Assembly (NCBI GenBank): GCA_963828735.1
Contig: CAWHFW010000005.1
Location: forward strand, 2,560,001-2,624,000
Source: an uncultured Gemmatimonadales bacterium
GTDB lineage: Bacteria; Gemmatimonadota; Gemmatimonadetes; Gemmatimonadales; GWC2-71-9
Length of the DNA stretch: 64,000 nt
Direction: 5' to 3'
The notes under the pieces were generated by a model. It worked only from the letters and a program-made list of their open reading frames with translations, was not told the DNA's origin and did not search any database. This document shows positions 20,277 through 29,888 of the stretch, in pieces. Numbering within the stretch: the stretch's first letter is position 1; every line of letters begins with the position of its first letter. The position numbers were made by a program, and so were the translations under genes.

Positions 20277-20930
20277 ATGACCTGGACGTGGATGATATTG
20301 GCCGGACTGGGCGCGGTGCACGGCCTGAACCCCGGGATGGGTTGGCTCTTCGCCGTCGCGCTCGGCATGCAGGAAGGGCGGACCCGCGCCGTGTGGCGCG
20401 CCTTGTCGCCGCTGGCGGTCGGCCATGCCCTGGCGGTCCTCGCCGCCGTGCTGACCGCGGCGGCGCTGGGCCGGTTTCTACCCTCCGGCGCGCTCGGATG
20501 GATCGTCGGGCTGTCGCTGCTCGGGCTCGGCACGCTGCGGCTGGTGCGGCACCGGCACCCCCGCTACGGCGGCATGCGGGTCGGGTTCCGCGAGCTGACG
20601 ATCTGGTCGTTTCTGATGGCGACCGCACACGGTGCCGGGCTCATGGTCCTGCCGCTGCTCGTTGGCACGATGGGCGCGGGCGCAGCGGGCACCAGTCCCC
20701 ATGCGATGCACATGACACAGGCCTCGCTGGTGCCGGTTGCCGGCCCGCTGGCCACCGGCCTCTGGGCCACGGCGCTGCACAGCGCGGGGTATCTGGTCGT
20801 CACGGGCCTCATTGCGGTGATCGTCTACCGCAAGGTCGGGCTCCGGATGCTCCGGACGATGTGGATCAACCTCGATCTGATCTGGGGTGGCGCGCTCGTC
20901 GTCACGGGAACGGTGGCACTGCTGACGTGA
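20277..20930 (+). CDS. Membrane protein with His motifs, downstream of SBP56
   Basis: LGAVHGLNPGMGWLFAVALG, GHALAV, WSFLMATAHGAGLM, WINLDLIW; about 6 TM segments. Confidence 0.8.
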   Translation: MTWTWMILAGLGAVHGLNPGMGWLFAVALGMQEGRTRAVWRALSPLAVGHALAVLAAVLTAAALGRFLPSGALGWIVGLSLLGLGTLRLVRHRHPRYGGMRVGFRELTIWSFLMATAHGAGLMVLPLLVGTMGAGAAGTSPHAMHMTQASLVPVAGPLATGLWATALHSAGYLVVTGLIAVIVYRKVGLRMLRTMWINLDLIWGGALVVTGTVALLT

Positions 20931-21252
20931 GGCGCGGAAGGGGGGCCGGAAGCTGACGGGAGCGGACCAGACAATCGAGGCGTGGAAGGGGTGGGCGACC
21001 GCGTTCCCCGATTCCAAGGGCACGATCCACGGTACCCACGTGGCCGACGACGGAACGGTCACCGTGGAGCTCACCTGGAAAGGCACGCACAACGGCCCAC
21101 TGCCGATGCCGAGCAGGACCCTCGCGGCCACAGGCAAGCCGATCGAGGTTCGGGCCTGCGCGGTCGTGGAGGTCGCCGGCGATCGGGCTTGGGCGGAGCG
21201 GCACTACTTCGATATGATGTCGCTGCTGCGGCAGCTCGGAGTGACGGGGTAG
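20926..21252 (+). pseudogene. 5'-truncated SnoaL-like ester cyclase
   Basis: Frame reads GRKLTGADQTIEAWKGWATAFPD..TWKGTHNGPL..ATGKPIEV..HYFDMMSLLRQLG; in-frame TGA at 20923 and no start before the conserved part. Confidence 0.65.
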
Positions 21253-21417
21253 GGTTCGGCGGTCCCCGCCGAGAGGCACGAGGCCGGCGCACAGCCGGCC
21301 TCGTGCGTTTTGGGCTCGGGCCGCCGCGGCGGTGTTCAGGACCGACCAGGTCATGCCGGAACACCGGGCCTCGCGTGAGACCCGACTCCCATCCATCCAA
21401 CCATTTCCGCCAGGCAG

Positions 21418-24003
21418 GTGTCCAACACGCGAACCTTCCCACGGAACGTTCGCGTGACCATGCTGTCCGGTACCCTGTTGGCCATCCAGATGCAGGTCGC
21501 GGCGGCGGCGCCGCCCGCGGTCCACCCGGTGCCGACCGGCTCGTCGGTCCAGGCAACCCGCACCGCGGTGGCGCCCGTGCTCGACGGCAAGGACGACGAT
21601 GCCGTCTGGCGATCGGCGCCCCCGATCGACGCCTTCCTGGAGGCCAAGCCCACCGAGGGCGCGCCGCCCAAGTTCAAGACGGTAGCCCGGGTGGCCTACG
21701 ACGAGCGCAATCTGTACGTCTTCGTCCGCGCCTTCGATCCCCACCCCGACAGCATCATCAGCCTCCTCTCCCGCCGCGACGATCAGACTGCGTCGGACTA
21801 CGTGACCCTCATGCTCGACCCGTACTACGACCGGCGTACCGGGTACGAGTTCTCGGTCAATCCTGCCGGCGTGAAGACGGACTACGCCATCTACAACGAC
21901 GGGGACGAGGACGTGGCCTGGGACGCGGTCTGGGATGCCGCGACGCGGATCGACTCGCTCGGCTGGACCGCCGAGTATCGCATTCCGCTCTCGCAGCTCC
22001 ACTACTCGTCCAAGGGGGGTGGCACGTTCGGCCTCCTCATCTGGCGCGTGATCCAGCGGCACACCGCCACCATCACCTGGCCGCTATACCGCACCTCGCA
22101 CTCGGGCTTCACGTCGCAGTTCGGGAGCCTCACTGGACTCGACGGCCTGGGCAGCCCGGGGCACGCCGAGATCACCCCGTACGTCGTCACCAAGAACATC
22201 CAGGTGCAGGGATCCGCGACTGTCGATCGGGCACAGGACGTATCGGTGGGAGGAGATTTCCGCTACAGCCTAGCGTCGAACCTGTTGGTCAACGCGACGG
22301 TCAATCCGGACTTCGGCCAGGTCGAGGCCGACCCGTCCGAGCTCAACCTCAGCGCGTTCGAGACGTTCTTCGACGAGCGGCGGCCATTCTTCGTGGAAGG
22401 GAAGGGGCTGTTCACCTTCACGGTGAACTGCGTCGTGGTGGTGGACTGCAACACGGGTGAGGGCCTGTTCTATTCCCGGCGCATCGGACGCGCGCCGCAG
22501 CTGAAGGACGTGTACGGCGACGGGAGCTCGCCCACGGCGACCAGGATCCTCGGGGCGGCCAAGCTCACCGGGCGCATGCCGGGCGGCTTCTCCCTCGGCG
22601 TGCTCGATGCGGTCACCGATAATGTCACCGGTCCCGGTGCCACCACCCTCGAGCCGACATCGAACTACGCGGTCGTACGTGGCAACCAGGATTTCCGGAG
22701 CGGGGCCGCCAGCCTCGGTTTCATCATGACGGGGGTGAACCGGTCGCTCGATGCCTCGACCGCGCCGTATCTGCACCGTAGCGCCTATACGGGCGGCGTG
22801 AACGGCCGCTGGCGGTTCAAGGGGCGCTACGAGATGTCGGGCTCGCTCGACCTGAGCCGAGTGGACGGGGACACCGCGGCGATCGCGCGCACGCAGCAGG
22901 ATCCCGTGCACCTGTATCAGCGTCCCGACGGCGATGCGACCTTCGACCCGACCCGGACCTCGCTGAGCGGCTCCAACCAGGAGGTGCGGTTCGCCAAGGT
23001 GGGCGGCAGGCGGCTCCACTTCGAGACCGCCTACCAGCGGCGCACGCCGGGCTTCGAGATCAACGACATCGGATTCCTGCGCCAGGCCGATCAGCAGGCG
23101 TGGACCAGCTGGGCCAACCTGGTGTTCGCCGAGCCGAACGAGGTCTTCCAGCAGCTCCGCTGGAACTTCAACAACTGGGAGTACTGGACCGCCTCGGGGC
23201 TTCCCACCGAGCGCGCCTTCAATACCAACGTGCACACCCAGTTCAACAATCGCTGGTGGCTGCACCTCGGGGGGACGCTCGGCCAGATGGGCACCACCTA
23301 CTGCGACCGGTGCGCGCGAGGAGGGCCGGCCATTCGGCAGGACGCGTACCTCTCCCCGTGGATCACGATCGAGGGCGACGACCGCCGCCCGCTCAAGCCG
23401 ATCTTCTCGGCCAACTACACCCGAGGCGACCAGGGGCGCTCGGAGACGATCGACGTGGCGCCGGAGCTCGACCTCAAGGTCTCGACCCGGTTCACCACCA
23501 GCCTCATGCTCGAGTACAACCACAACCGCAACGACCTCCAGTACTACAACACGTACACGGACCCGAATGGGGACCTGCACTACACCTTCGCACATCTCGA
23601 GCAGAAGACACTGAGCCTGACCTGGCGGCTGGGATACACCTTCACCCCGACCACCACCCTCCAGATCTACGCGTCGCCATTCGTTTCCAAGGGGACCTAC
23701 AGCGACGTTCGCGAGATCGCCGACGCGCGGGCCGCCGACTATTCGGCTCGGTACCAGCCCTACGCCGATCCGGCCGTGGCCGGCAACCCGGGCGGGTTCA
23801 ACTTCCAGCAGTTCCGGTCGAACGTCGTGTTTCGGTGGGAGTACCGGCCCGGCTCGACGGTGTTCCTGGTATGGAGCCAGGGGCGTGAGGGCTCGGCGGA
23901 CGTGGAGGGCACGCAGTCTTTCCGCGGGGACTTGGGCGAACTGTTCGCTCGCCGGGCGAACGACACGTTCCTCGTGAAGGTGTCGTACTGGCTGACGCCC
24001 TAG
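21418..24003 (+). CDS. CBM9-like plus DUF5916 exported/outer-membrane protein
   Basis: Signal peptide; PVLDGKDDDAVW, WDAVW..GWTAEYRIP, NPDFGQVEAD, ETFFDERRPFFVEG, FYSRRIG, C-terminal FLVKVSYW. Start may be ATG 21460. Confidence 0.85.
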   Translation: MSNTRTFPRNVRVTMLSGTLLAIQMQVAAAAPPAVHPVPTGSSVQATRTAVAPVLDGKDDDAVWRSAPPIDAFLEAKPTEGAPPKFKTVARVAYDERNLYVFVRAFDPHPDSIISLLSRRDDQTASDYVTLMLDPYYDRRTGYEFSVNPAGVKTDYAIYNDGDEDVAWDAVWDAATRIDSLGWTAEYRIPLSQLHYSSKGGGTFGLLIWRVIQRHTATITWPLYRTSHSGFTSQFGSLTGLDGLGSPGHAEITPYVVTKNIQVQGSATVDRAQDVSVGGDFRYSLASNLLVNATVNPDFGQVEADPSELNLSAFETFFDERRPFFVEGKGLFTFTVNCVVVVDCNTGEGLFYSRRIGRAPQLKDVYGDGSSPTATRILGAAKLTGRMPGGFSLGVLDAVTDNVTGPGATTLEPTSNYAVVRGNQDFRSGAASLGFIMTGVNRSLDASTAPYLHRSAYTGGVNGRWRFKGRYEMSGSLDLSRVDGDTAAIARTQQDPVHLYQRPDGDATFDPTRTSLSGSNQEVRFAKVGGRRLHFETAYQRRTPGFEINDIGFLRQADQQAWTSWANLVFAEPNEVFQQLRWNFNNWEYWTASGLPTERAFNTNVHTQFNNRWWLHLGGTLGQMGTTYCDRCARGGPAIRQDAYLSPWITIEGDDRRPLKPIFSANYTRGDQGRSETIDVAPELDLKVSTRFTTSLMLEYNHNRNDLQYYNTYTDPNGDLHYTFAHLEQKTLSLTWRLGYTFTPTTTLQIYASPFVSKGTYSDVREIADARAADYSARYQPYADPAVAGNPGGFNFQQFRSNVVFRWEYRPGSTVFLVWSQGREGSADVEGTQSFRGDLGELFARRANDTFLVKVSYWLTP

Positions 24004-24039
24004 TCCAGGCGGAACGGAACCACGCCCGACGCGCCGACC

Positions 24040-27000
24040 TCAGCGGCCGGCAACCGCCGGCTCGGCGGCAAACCGCGCCGCCTCGGTGCGGCTTCGCGTC
24101 GAGCGATGAACGGGATCGGCGCCGATCGTGCCCACGAGGGCCGCGAGATACTCGCGCGCGCTGACCCGCTCGAGCTCGGCACGGGCGTGCTCGAGCCGTG
24201 CGGGAATGCCGAGGCGTACGGCTTCGTCGCGATGGCCGGCCCGCGCCAGGAACTCGGTGAGGCTTCGCGTGTGGCGCTCCCAGAGCGCCACATCCCGCTT
24301 CTGCTTGATCACAAGGCGCTCCTGGTACCAGTCGCTCGCGAGCAGCGCCTCCCTCGTGAAGAGCGCTCGAATCTCCGGATGGTGGGCGTCTTTCCCTTCG
24401 AACTGCCCGTGGGCCATGATGTGGATCAGGGCCTTGAGCGGCGGGCAGGCATCCTCGATGGTCCCATCCTCGAAATACGCCGCCGCCACCCGCTGCTGTG
24501 CCTCGACGATGTTGTTCACCCCGTCGGCGAACACCGCCGGATCCTGGGTCTCCGGCTGGAGGATCTCCTCCGTGAAGACGGCCGTGGGGTTGTCGAACAC
24601 CCGCCCGAAGTAGGTGTGCACGAACTTGGCCGTAATGCGGTAGCCCAGCCGGCTGGCAAGCACCCGCTGACCGCCGAACTCGTAGTCCGCGAGCTTCTCG
24701 AGGTGGCCCGCCTCGATCAGCCGTCTGGGATCACGCTCGTGAGGGAAGAGGCGGCACCAGATCTCCGGAATCAGGAGGCTGATGTCGTGGTCCACCCGGT
24801 AGCGGGGGCCGATGAAGCCCGCCGCCGAGCTGAAGCCACCGTAGCCGGTGAGCAGCATGGAGACGAGCGCGTTGTTGAGGTCGGCGGTCGCCGCGAGGGC
24901 GTTGAACGGCCCCTTGGTGAGCGCGCCCTCCGAGCCCGCTCCCGTCGTGCTGGGTGAGGTGCCCGTGAGCGAGCACACGTAATCCATGAACAGCTCGGGG
25001 AGCTCCTGGTAGTGGATCGGACCGTAGACGCAGAGCGGGCGGACGCCCTCCTCGGGCCGGTTGTTCCGTCGGCCGGAGAGCACGCTGATCACGGGGAACA
25101 GCACCGGCGCGTGCAAGGGCAGCCGACGGTACAGCCGGGCACCCATCTCCGCGACGTACCGATCGCGCGGGTGCGCGAGGTCCGGGCGGAGCTGGAGGTA
25201 CCGAGGGTTTTTCGTGGGTTTGCCGCCGATCAGCCGGGGGTGCGCCGAGCAGATCGAGTACCCACCGTCCTCGCGCGCGGCGTTGGCGGCGACGTGATCG
25301 CGCATCGGCGCCGTGAACGCGTCGTGCACGGCCACGTCCTCGACGATGCGCACCGCGTCGTCACGGGTGAGCGGCTGGAAGTTCGAGCAGAAGAGGCCCG
25401 GCGCCGACATGTCCTCCTCCGTCTGCCGGTCGAGACCGGGGTGGATCGCGTCGTCGGGCCGCTGAAAGAGGCGGAACTCGCAGTTCTGGGAGAGCTTGAG
25501 GCTCGGGTGGCCGTCGTACTCTCCGGGGATGCCGACGAGCCGGCGCGCCGGCACCACCACCGAGGCGGTGATGTCGTCCTCCATCTGGACCTTGTCGGCC
25601 GCCACGAAGTCCTGGCGCAGCTTGTAGGTGCGCCAGGCGCCGTTCTCCTCCCGCCCGATGCGAAGGTAGTTCGCCACGAGACGCCGCCCCTCGTACTTGA
25701 GCTCGTGCCCGGGCGCGCCGTTGATGATGTCCACGCTGAAGTGGCTGCGCCAATCCTCGCCCCACGCGGGCCGGTAGAAGCGCTTGATGACGAACACCAG
25801 CGCCCGCACATGATTCGGGATGCTCTCGAGCCAGGCGTTGTACGCGGGGGTGAATTCGCCGGGATTGGGCGTGAGCAGCTTGATCACCGAGCCGAGCGAC
25901 CGTTCAGGCGAGAGAATGGGCCGGGAGGGCTCTCGTCCGTCGGCCGCGCGCAGCTCGGGCAGCCGCGCGTCATCGTAACGCCGGTCGAAGACCTCCTGGA
26001 CGACCGCCATGTCGTCCTCGAAATGCCCGACGTAGAACGCCCCGGGCAGCATGGTGTCCACCAGGCTCTTGCTGATCTCCGACTTGCCGCCGCCCGACAC
26101 GGTGCACGGCTTGTGGCAGAAGGCGCCCTCGGGCACCGTGCCGACCAGTCGCCAGCTCGGCGCTGCGCGATGCTTGGCCATGCGGATCTTGTAGCCGCTC
26201 GGATGGATGTAGACCCGCCCGGGCAGGAGCTTGAGGTGCTGCTCCTGGCCGTTCTTCTTCCACTTGATGTCCTGTCGCTGAACATCGATCTCCATGTCCT
26301 CCGGCATGTAGTGGATCTCGGGATACACCCCATCGGTGGCGTACCCCGTCGGGTGGTACGTCGCGCGCTGGCCTACCAGCGCCAGCATCTCCGCGAATCG
26401 ATGGTTGGCGCTCACGATCCGCACCTGCTCGGGCCCGAACCGGTCGCCCAGGTTGAACGTGGCGAAGGCCAACGCGCCGCCCGCGTGCTCCTCCTCGGCG
26501 AGCCCGAACAGGTTCGCGCTGTAGCCGATCTGCGTCTTCACTTCCTTCTTGCAGTACCCGAAATAGTTGTCGGCCAGGATCGTGACCATCACCCCTTCGG
26601 TGCCGCGGGACGTGATCTTGAAGGGACGGCCCTCGTTGTAGAGCTCGGCTTCGTCCGACCAACACATGCCCGCGGCGCGCTCGCGGTCCGAGGCCTCGCT
26701 CACCGGCGGCAGTCCCAGGTCCTTCTTGCGCAGCCGCGTGAGGTGCGGGGCGAGGATGACGCAGCCGCTGTGTCCGGTCCAGCCGTCCACATCGAGGCCG
26801 GCGTCGTTGGCCGGCAGGTAGGGGTCGCCGGCGTTGCCGAAGATGCTCTCCACGAAATCGAGATTCGAGACCAGGCCTCCCGGCACGAAGAAGCGCACCT
26901 CCAACCGCTTCTCCGGCAGTACCTTGGGCACCGCCGGGCACACCAGCGGACGCAGCAGCAGCGACACCATCGTCTCGACCGGCTCCGGCCACCCGGCCGT

Positions 27001-27567
27001 GAACGGCAGGCGCATCAACGACGCTGGCGGACGCAGCGCTTCCTGCAGCAGCCGCGCGTAGGTGGCGAGCGGCACTCGCGTCTTGTCGGCCGGGATCGGG
27101 AGCCCACCTTCGGCGACGTGAAACACGCCCTGGGTCGTGCGACGGTCGCTCACCGGGTTGTGCAGCACGCCGTTGTCGAGACGGTAGCTCGAGACCAGCT
27201 CGTTCTCCCACGCGTTGCGGTGGATCGGCAGCGACAGCTCGCGCGCGAGACCGTAGCGGTCGAGAATCAGGGTCTCCGCGGGAAGCGTGACGGCGGCCGG
27301 CATGCCGACGGCGCGGAGAAGCCCGTCGATGTAGTGCTGGATGCGCTGGTCGGCGGGGCACAGATGCTCGGACAGGAGCCGGGTCTGTTCGCGGTAGCGC
27401 GCGAAGAGATCGCCGGTCAGGTGGAGCACCTCCTGGTCGCCCGTGTCGGCCGGAATGCGAACGCCCATCGCCGCGAGCTTGAGCAGGATCGAGCTGACGG
27501 CCGCGTGGCGTTCCGGCAGCCAGACCTTGCCGTCGGGCCTCAATCCCACTGAACGCTCCAGCTCCAT
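24040..27567 (-). CDS. PPi-dependent phosphoenolpyruvate carboxykinase (PEP carboxytransphosphorylase)
   Basis: About 1175 aa with GVLHNPVSDRRTTQGVFH, NLDFVESIFGNAGDP, DNYFGYCKKE, EEEHAGG, CHKPCTVSGGGKSEISKS and SPSTTGAGSEGALTK, recognised as the PPi-PEPCK family. GGAGG RBS before ATG 27567. Confidence 0.85.
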   Translation of the reverse strand: MELERSVGLRPDGKVWLPERHAAVSSILLKLAAMGVRIPADTGDQEVLHLTGDLFARYREQTRLLSEHLCPADQRIQHYIDGLLRAVGMPAAVTLPAETLILDRYGLARELSLPIHRNAWENELVSSYRLDNGVLHNPVSDRRTTQGVFHVAEGGLPIPADKTRVPLATYARLLQEALRPPASLMRLPFTAGWPEPVETMVSLLLRPLVCPAVPKVLPEKRLEVRFFVPGGLVSNLDFVESIFGNAGDPYLPANDAGLDVDGWTGHSGCVILAPHLTRLRKKDLGLPPVSEASDRERAAGMCWSDEAELYNEGRPFKITSRGTEGVMVTILADNYFGYCKKEVKTQIGYSANLFGLAEEEHAGGALAFATFNLGDRFGPEQVRIVSANHRFAEMLALVGQRATYHPTGYATDGVYPEIHYMPEDMEIDVQRQDIKWKKNGQEQHLKLLPGRVYIHPSGYKIRMAKHRAAPSWRLVGTVPEGAFCHKPCTVSGGGKSEISKSLVDTMLPGAFYVGHFEDDMAVVQEVFDRRYDDARLPELRAADGREPSRPILSPERSLGSVIKLLTPNPGEFTPAYNAWLESIPNHVRALVFVIKRFYRPAWGEDWRSHFSVDIINGAPGHELKYEGRRLVANYLRIGREENGAWRTYKLRQDFVAADKVQMEDDITASVVVPARRLVGIPGEYDGHPSLKLSQNCEFRLFQRPDDAIHPGLDRQTEEDMSAPGLFCSNFQPLTRDDAVRIVEDVAVHDAFTAPMRDHVAANAAREDGGYSICSAHPRLIGGKPTKNPRYLQLRPDLAHPRDRYVAEMGARLYRRLPLHAPVLFPVISVLSGRRNNRPEEGVRPLCVYGPIHYQELPELFMDYVCSLTGTSPSTTGAGSEGALTKGPFNALAATADLNNALVSMLLTGYGGFSSAAGFIGPRYRVDHDISLLIPEIWCRLFPHERDPRRLIEAGHLEKLADYEFGGQRVLASRLGYRITAKFVHTYFGRVFDNPTAVFTEEILQPETQDPAVFADGVNNIVEAQQRVAAAYFEDGTIEDACPPLKALIHIMAHGQFEGKDAHHPEIRALFTREALLASDWYQERLVIKQKRDVALWERHTRSLTEFLARAGHRDEAVRLGIPARLEHARAELERVSAREYLAALVGTIGADPVHRSTRSRTEAARFAAEPAVAGR

Positions 27568-27892
27568 GTCGGCCTCCAAGCGAGTCGATTCCAGTCCTCG
27601 ATTCCAACGTCTCTCCCGAACGGACGCCCGTCAACCTACGGGAGTTCGGGGGACCAGTGGCCCGGCGGTGCTCGGGGCTTGAGGGAGGGAGTCAGATTCG
27701 CTGGACGCCGATCGCCAGGGGGCGAAGGCGCGACGCTTGAGTGCCGCGATGACCGCGTACCGGAAATCCCACCAGCTCGCCCCGGCGGCGTGGCCGTGAC
27801 ATGCGTCACCAGCCGATCCGAACCCGGCGATTAGGATGCTCGTCGGGCGCCGGAGTGCCGGCGCCGAGGCTCATTCCTGGGGAGGGCAGGAC

Positions 27893-28267
27893 ATGCTGGG
27901 AGATAACGACGCTATCGTCACGATTCCCGTGAAGGACATCGACGTGGCCAAGGAGTTCTATCAGGACAAGCTGGGTCTCATGACAGGCCCGAGCCGCGAG
28001 GCGGGGGTGCTCACCTGCAAGAGCGGAAGCTCCTCCGTCCTGGTGTACCGATCGGAATATGCGGGGACAAACGAGGCGACCGCTGCCACGTGGGCGGTCG
28101 ACGATGTGGACGGTACGGTGCGCGCGCTCAAGGAGAAGGGCGTGACGTTCGAGCACTACGACTTCCCGAATACTACGCGCAAGGGCGACGTGCACGTATC
28201 GGGGACGACCAAGGCCGCGTGGTTCAAGGACCCGGACGGGAACATCCTGGCCGTCGTCAGCCGCTGA
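27893..28267 (+). CDS. VOC/glyoxalase family protein
   Basis: IPVKDIDVAKEFYQDKLGL...AWFKDPDGNIL. Confidence 0.9.
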   Translation: MLGDNDAIVTIPVKDIDVAKEFYQDKLGLMTGPSREAGVLTCKSGSSSVLVYRSEYAGTNEATAATWAVDDVDGTVRALKEKGVTFEHYDFPNTTRKGDVHVSGTTKAAWFKDPDGNILAVVSR

Positions 28268-28288
28268 CGGGTCGAGCGGTTCGAGCGG

Positions 28289-29830
28289 CTAGTCGTTCCG
28301 AGCGACCGCCTCGCCGAGGCCGGTGGCGAGCTCTGCGGCGCTTTGCGGCCGATCCTCCGGCTTCTTGGCGAGGCACGCAAGCACGATCCGCTCGAGGGCG
28401 GGCGGGATGGGATTGTCGGTCCGGGCGGAAGGCGGCACCGGGGGCTGCTGGACGTGGAGCAACGCGGTCTGGATTGCGGTCTGGCCTTCGAACACCAGCT
28501 GCCCGGTGAGCAGGTAGTAGGCGACGCACCCCACCGAGTAGAGGTCGGCGCGGCCATCCACGCCGCCCTCTCCGTGCACCATCTCCGGGGCCATGTACGC
28601 CGGCGTGCCGATCGCGAGGCCAGCCACGCTGGCGAGCGAGTCATCGCCGTCCCGTCCAGCCACGGACTTCACCAGGCCGAAGTCGAGTACCTTCACGAAG
28701 TCGGGATGGCGTCCCACCCGTCCCAGGTGAATGTTGGCCGGCTTGATGTCACGATGCACCAACCCCGCGTCGTGCGCCTCTTCCAGGGACTCGCACACCT
28801 GCCGCAGGATGTGGACGACCCGCGAGGCGGGCATCGGCCCGTCGGATCGCACGAGCTGGTCGAGCGTGATGCCGTCCAATAGCTCCATCACGAGATAGAG
28901 GCGGCCGTCGTCGGTCACCCCGAAGTCGTAGAGCTGCACCGTGTGGGGCGACTTGAGGCGGGCCGCCGCCTCGGCCTCGCGGCGGAACCGGGCGGCCGCC
29001 AGCTGCGCCCGACCCGTGTCCTCGCCCGCGAGGGCTTCGGGGCGAATCAGCTTGATGGCCGCCGGCCGTGCCAGCATGCGATGGTGCGCCAGGTACACCT
29101 CGCCCATGCCGCCACGGCCCAGCAACTCTCCCAGGCGGTAGCTTCCCATCTCGCGAGCCTTGCTCACCTGCTGGCCGAGCCTCGTCACCACGCCGGAAAC
29201 CACGACCGCCACGCCCGCCATCAGATAGTTCGGGTAGTGCATCAGGAAGGCGCTCAGGGTGCCCTCGAACTGACGGATACCGAACGCTCGCGCCGCGAAC
29301 ATGCCGATCGGATCCATGGATGCTGCGAGAAAGGCGGCGACGGCCATCTTCCACGGCTCCGCGGGCACGATGGCCGCCGTGATGATGATCATTGGTCCGA
29401 TCCAGGTAATCATCGGAAGCGTCGGAATCGCGCCGGCCGGCTCAGTGCCCCAGTGGAGCATCACACCGAGATCCACCGCCGTGAGCACCATATAGGCCAG
29501 ACTCAGGTCCAGCACGAAGGTGGCGCTCCGGCTGGTCGTGCGGAGAAAGAGGAACAACGCCAGCGACGTGATGAACGCGAAGGTCGCGATCGCGTCGATG
29601 AAGCGGAAATCGGTGGCCCGCGGGTCGCCCGGGGATGAGAAGTACACGGCCACATGGCCCAGCGCGGGGCCCAGGAGCCAGAGTGCCGCCGCGACTAACA
29701 ATAGGATCTGGAGTCGCTTGGTGGCCTGCCGTAGCAGGTCATCGGGGAGGCGGCGAGGACGGCCGGGGACGGTCTGGAGATCGGCCGGGGTTTCCGACGT
29801 GAGCCGGCCGATGATGCGTGGCGTAGGCAT
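28289..29830 (-). CDS. Membrane-anchored Ser/Thr protein kinase (N-terminal multi-TM sensor)
   Basis: About 6 TM helices, then LGRGGMGEVY, AIK, HRDIKPAN, DFG, GTPAYMAPE. Confidence 0.93.
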   Translation of the reverse strand: MPTPRIIGRLTSETPADLQTVPGRPRRLPDDLLRQATKRLQILLLVAAALWLLGPALGHVAVYFSSPGDPRATDFRFIDAIATFAFITSLALFLFLRTTSRSATFVLDLSLAYMVLTAVDLGVMLHWGTEPAGAIPTLPMITWIGPMIIITAAIVPAEPWKMAVAAFLAASMDPIGMFAARAFGIRQFEGTLSAFLMHYPNYLMAGVAVVVSGVVTRLGQQVSKAREMGSYRLGELLGRGGMGEVYLAHHRMLARPAAIKLIRPEALAGEDTGRAQLAAARFRREAEAAARLKSPHTVQLYDFGVTDDGRLYLVMELLDGITLDQLVRSDGPMPASRVVHILRQVCESLEEAHDAGLVHRDIKPANIHLGRVGRHPDFVKVLDFGLVKSVAGRDGDDSLASVAGLAIGTPAYMAPEMVHGEGGVDGRADLYSVGCVAYYLLTGQLVFEGQTAIQTALLHVQQPPVPPSARTDNPIPPALERIVLACLAKKPEDRPQSAAELATGLGEAVARND

Positions 29831-29888
29831 GGCAGGTACTCTACGCGGCTCGGCCCGTCATCACCACCCGTGACGCGGAAACCCCGGT

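Noticed and set aside
25012..27552. Long alternative ORFs (846 aa here; also 31096..33717, 34600..36909, 45223..47607, 4901..6862)
   Set aside because: They overlap well-supported genes in another frame or strand, have no recognisable motifs, and are expected shadow ORFs in high-GC DNA.
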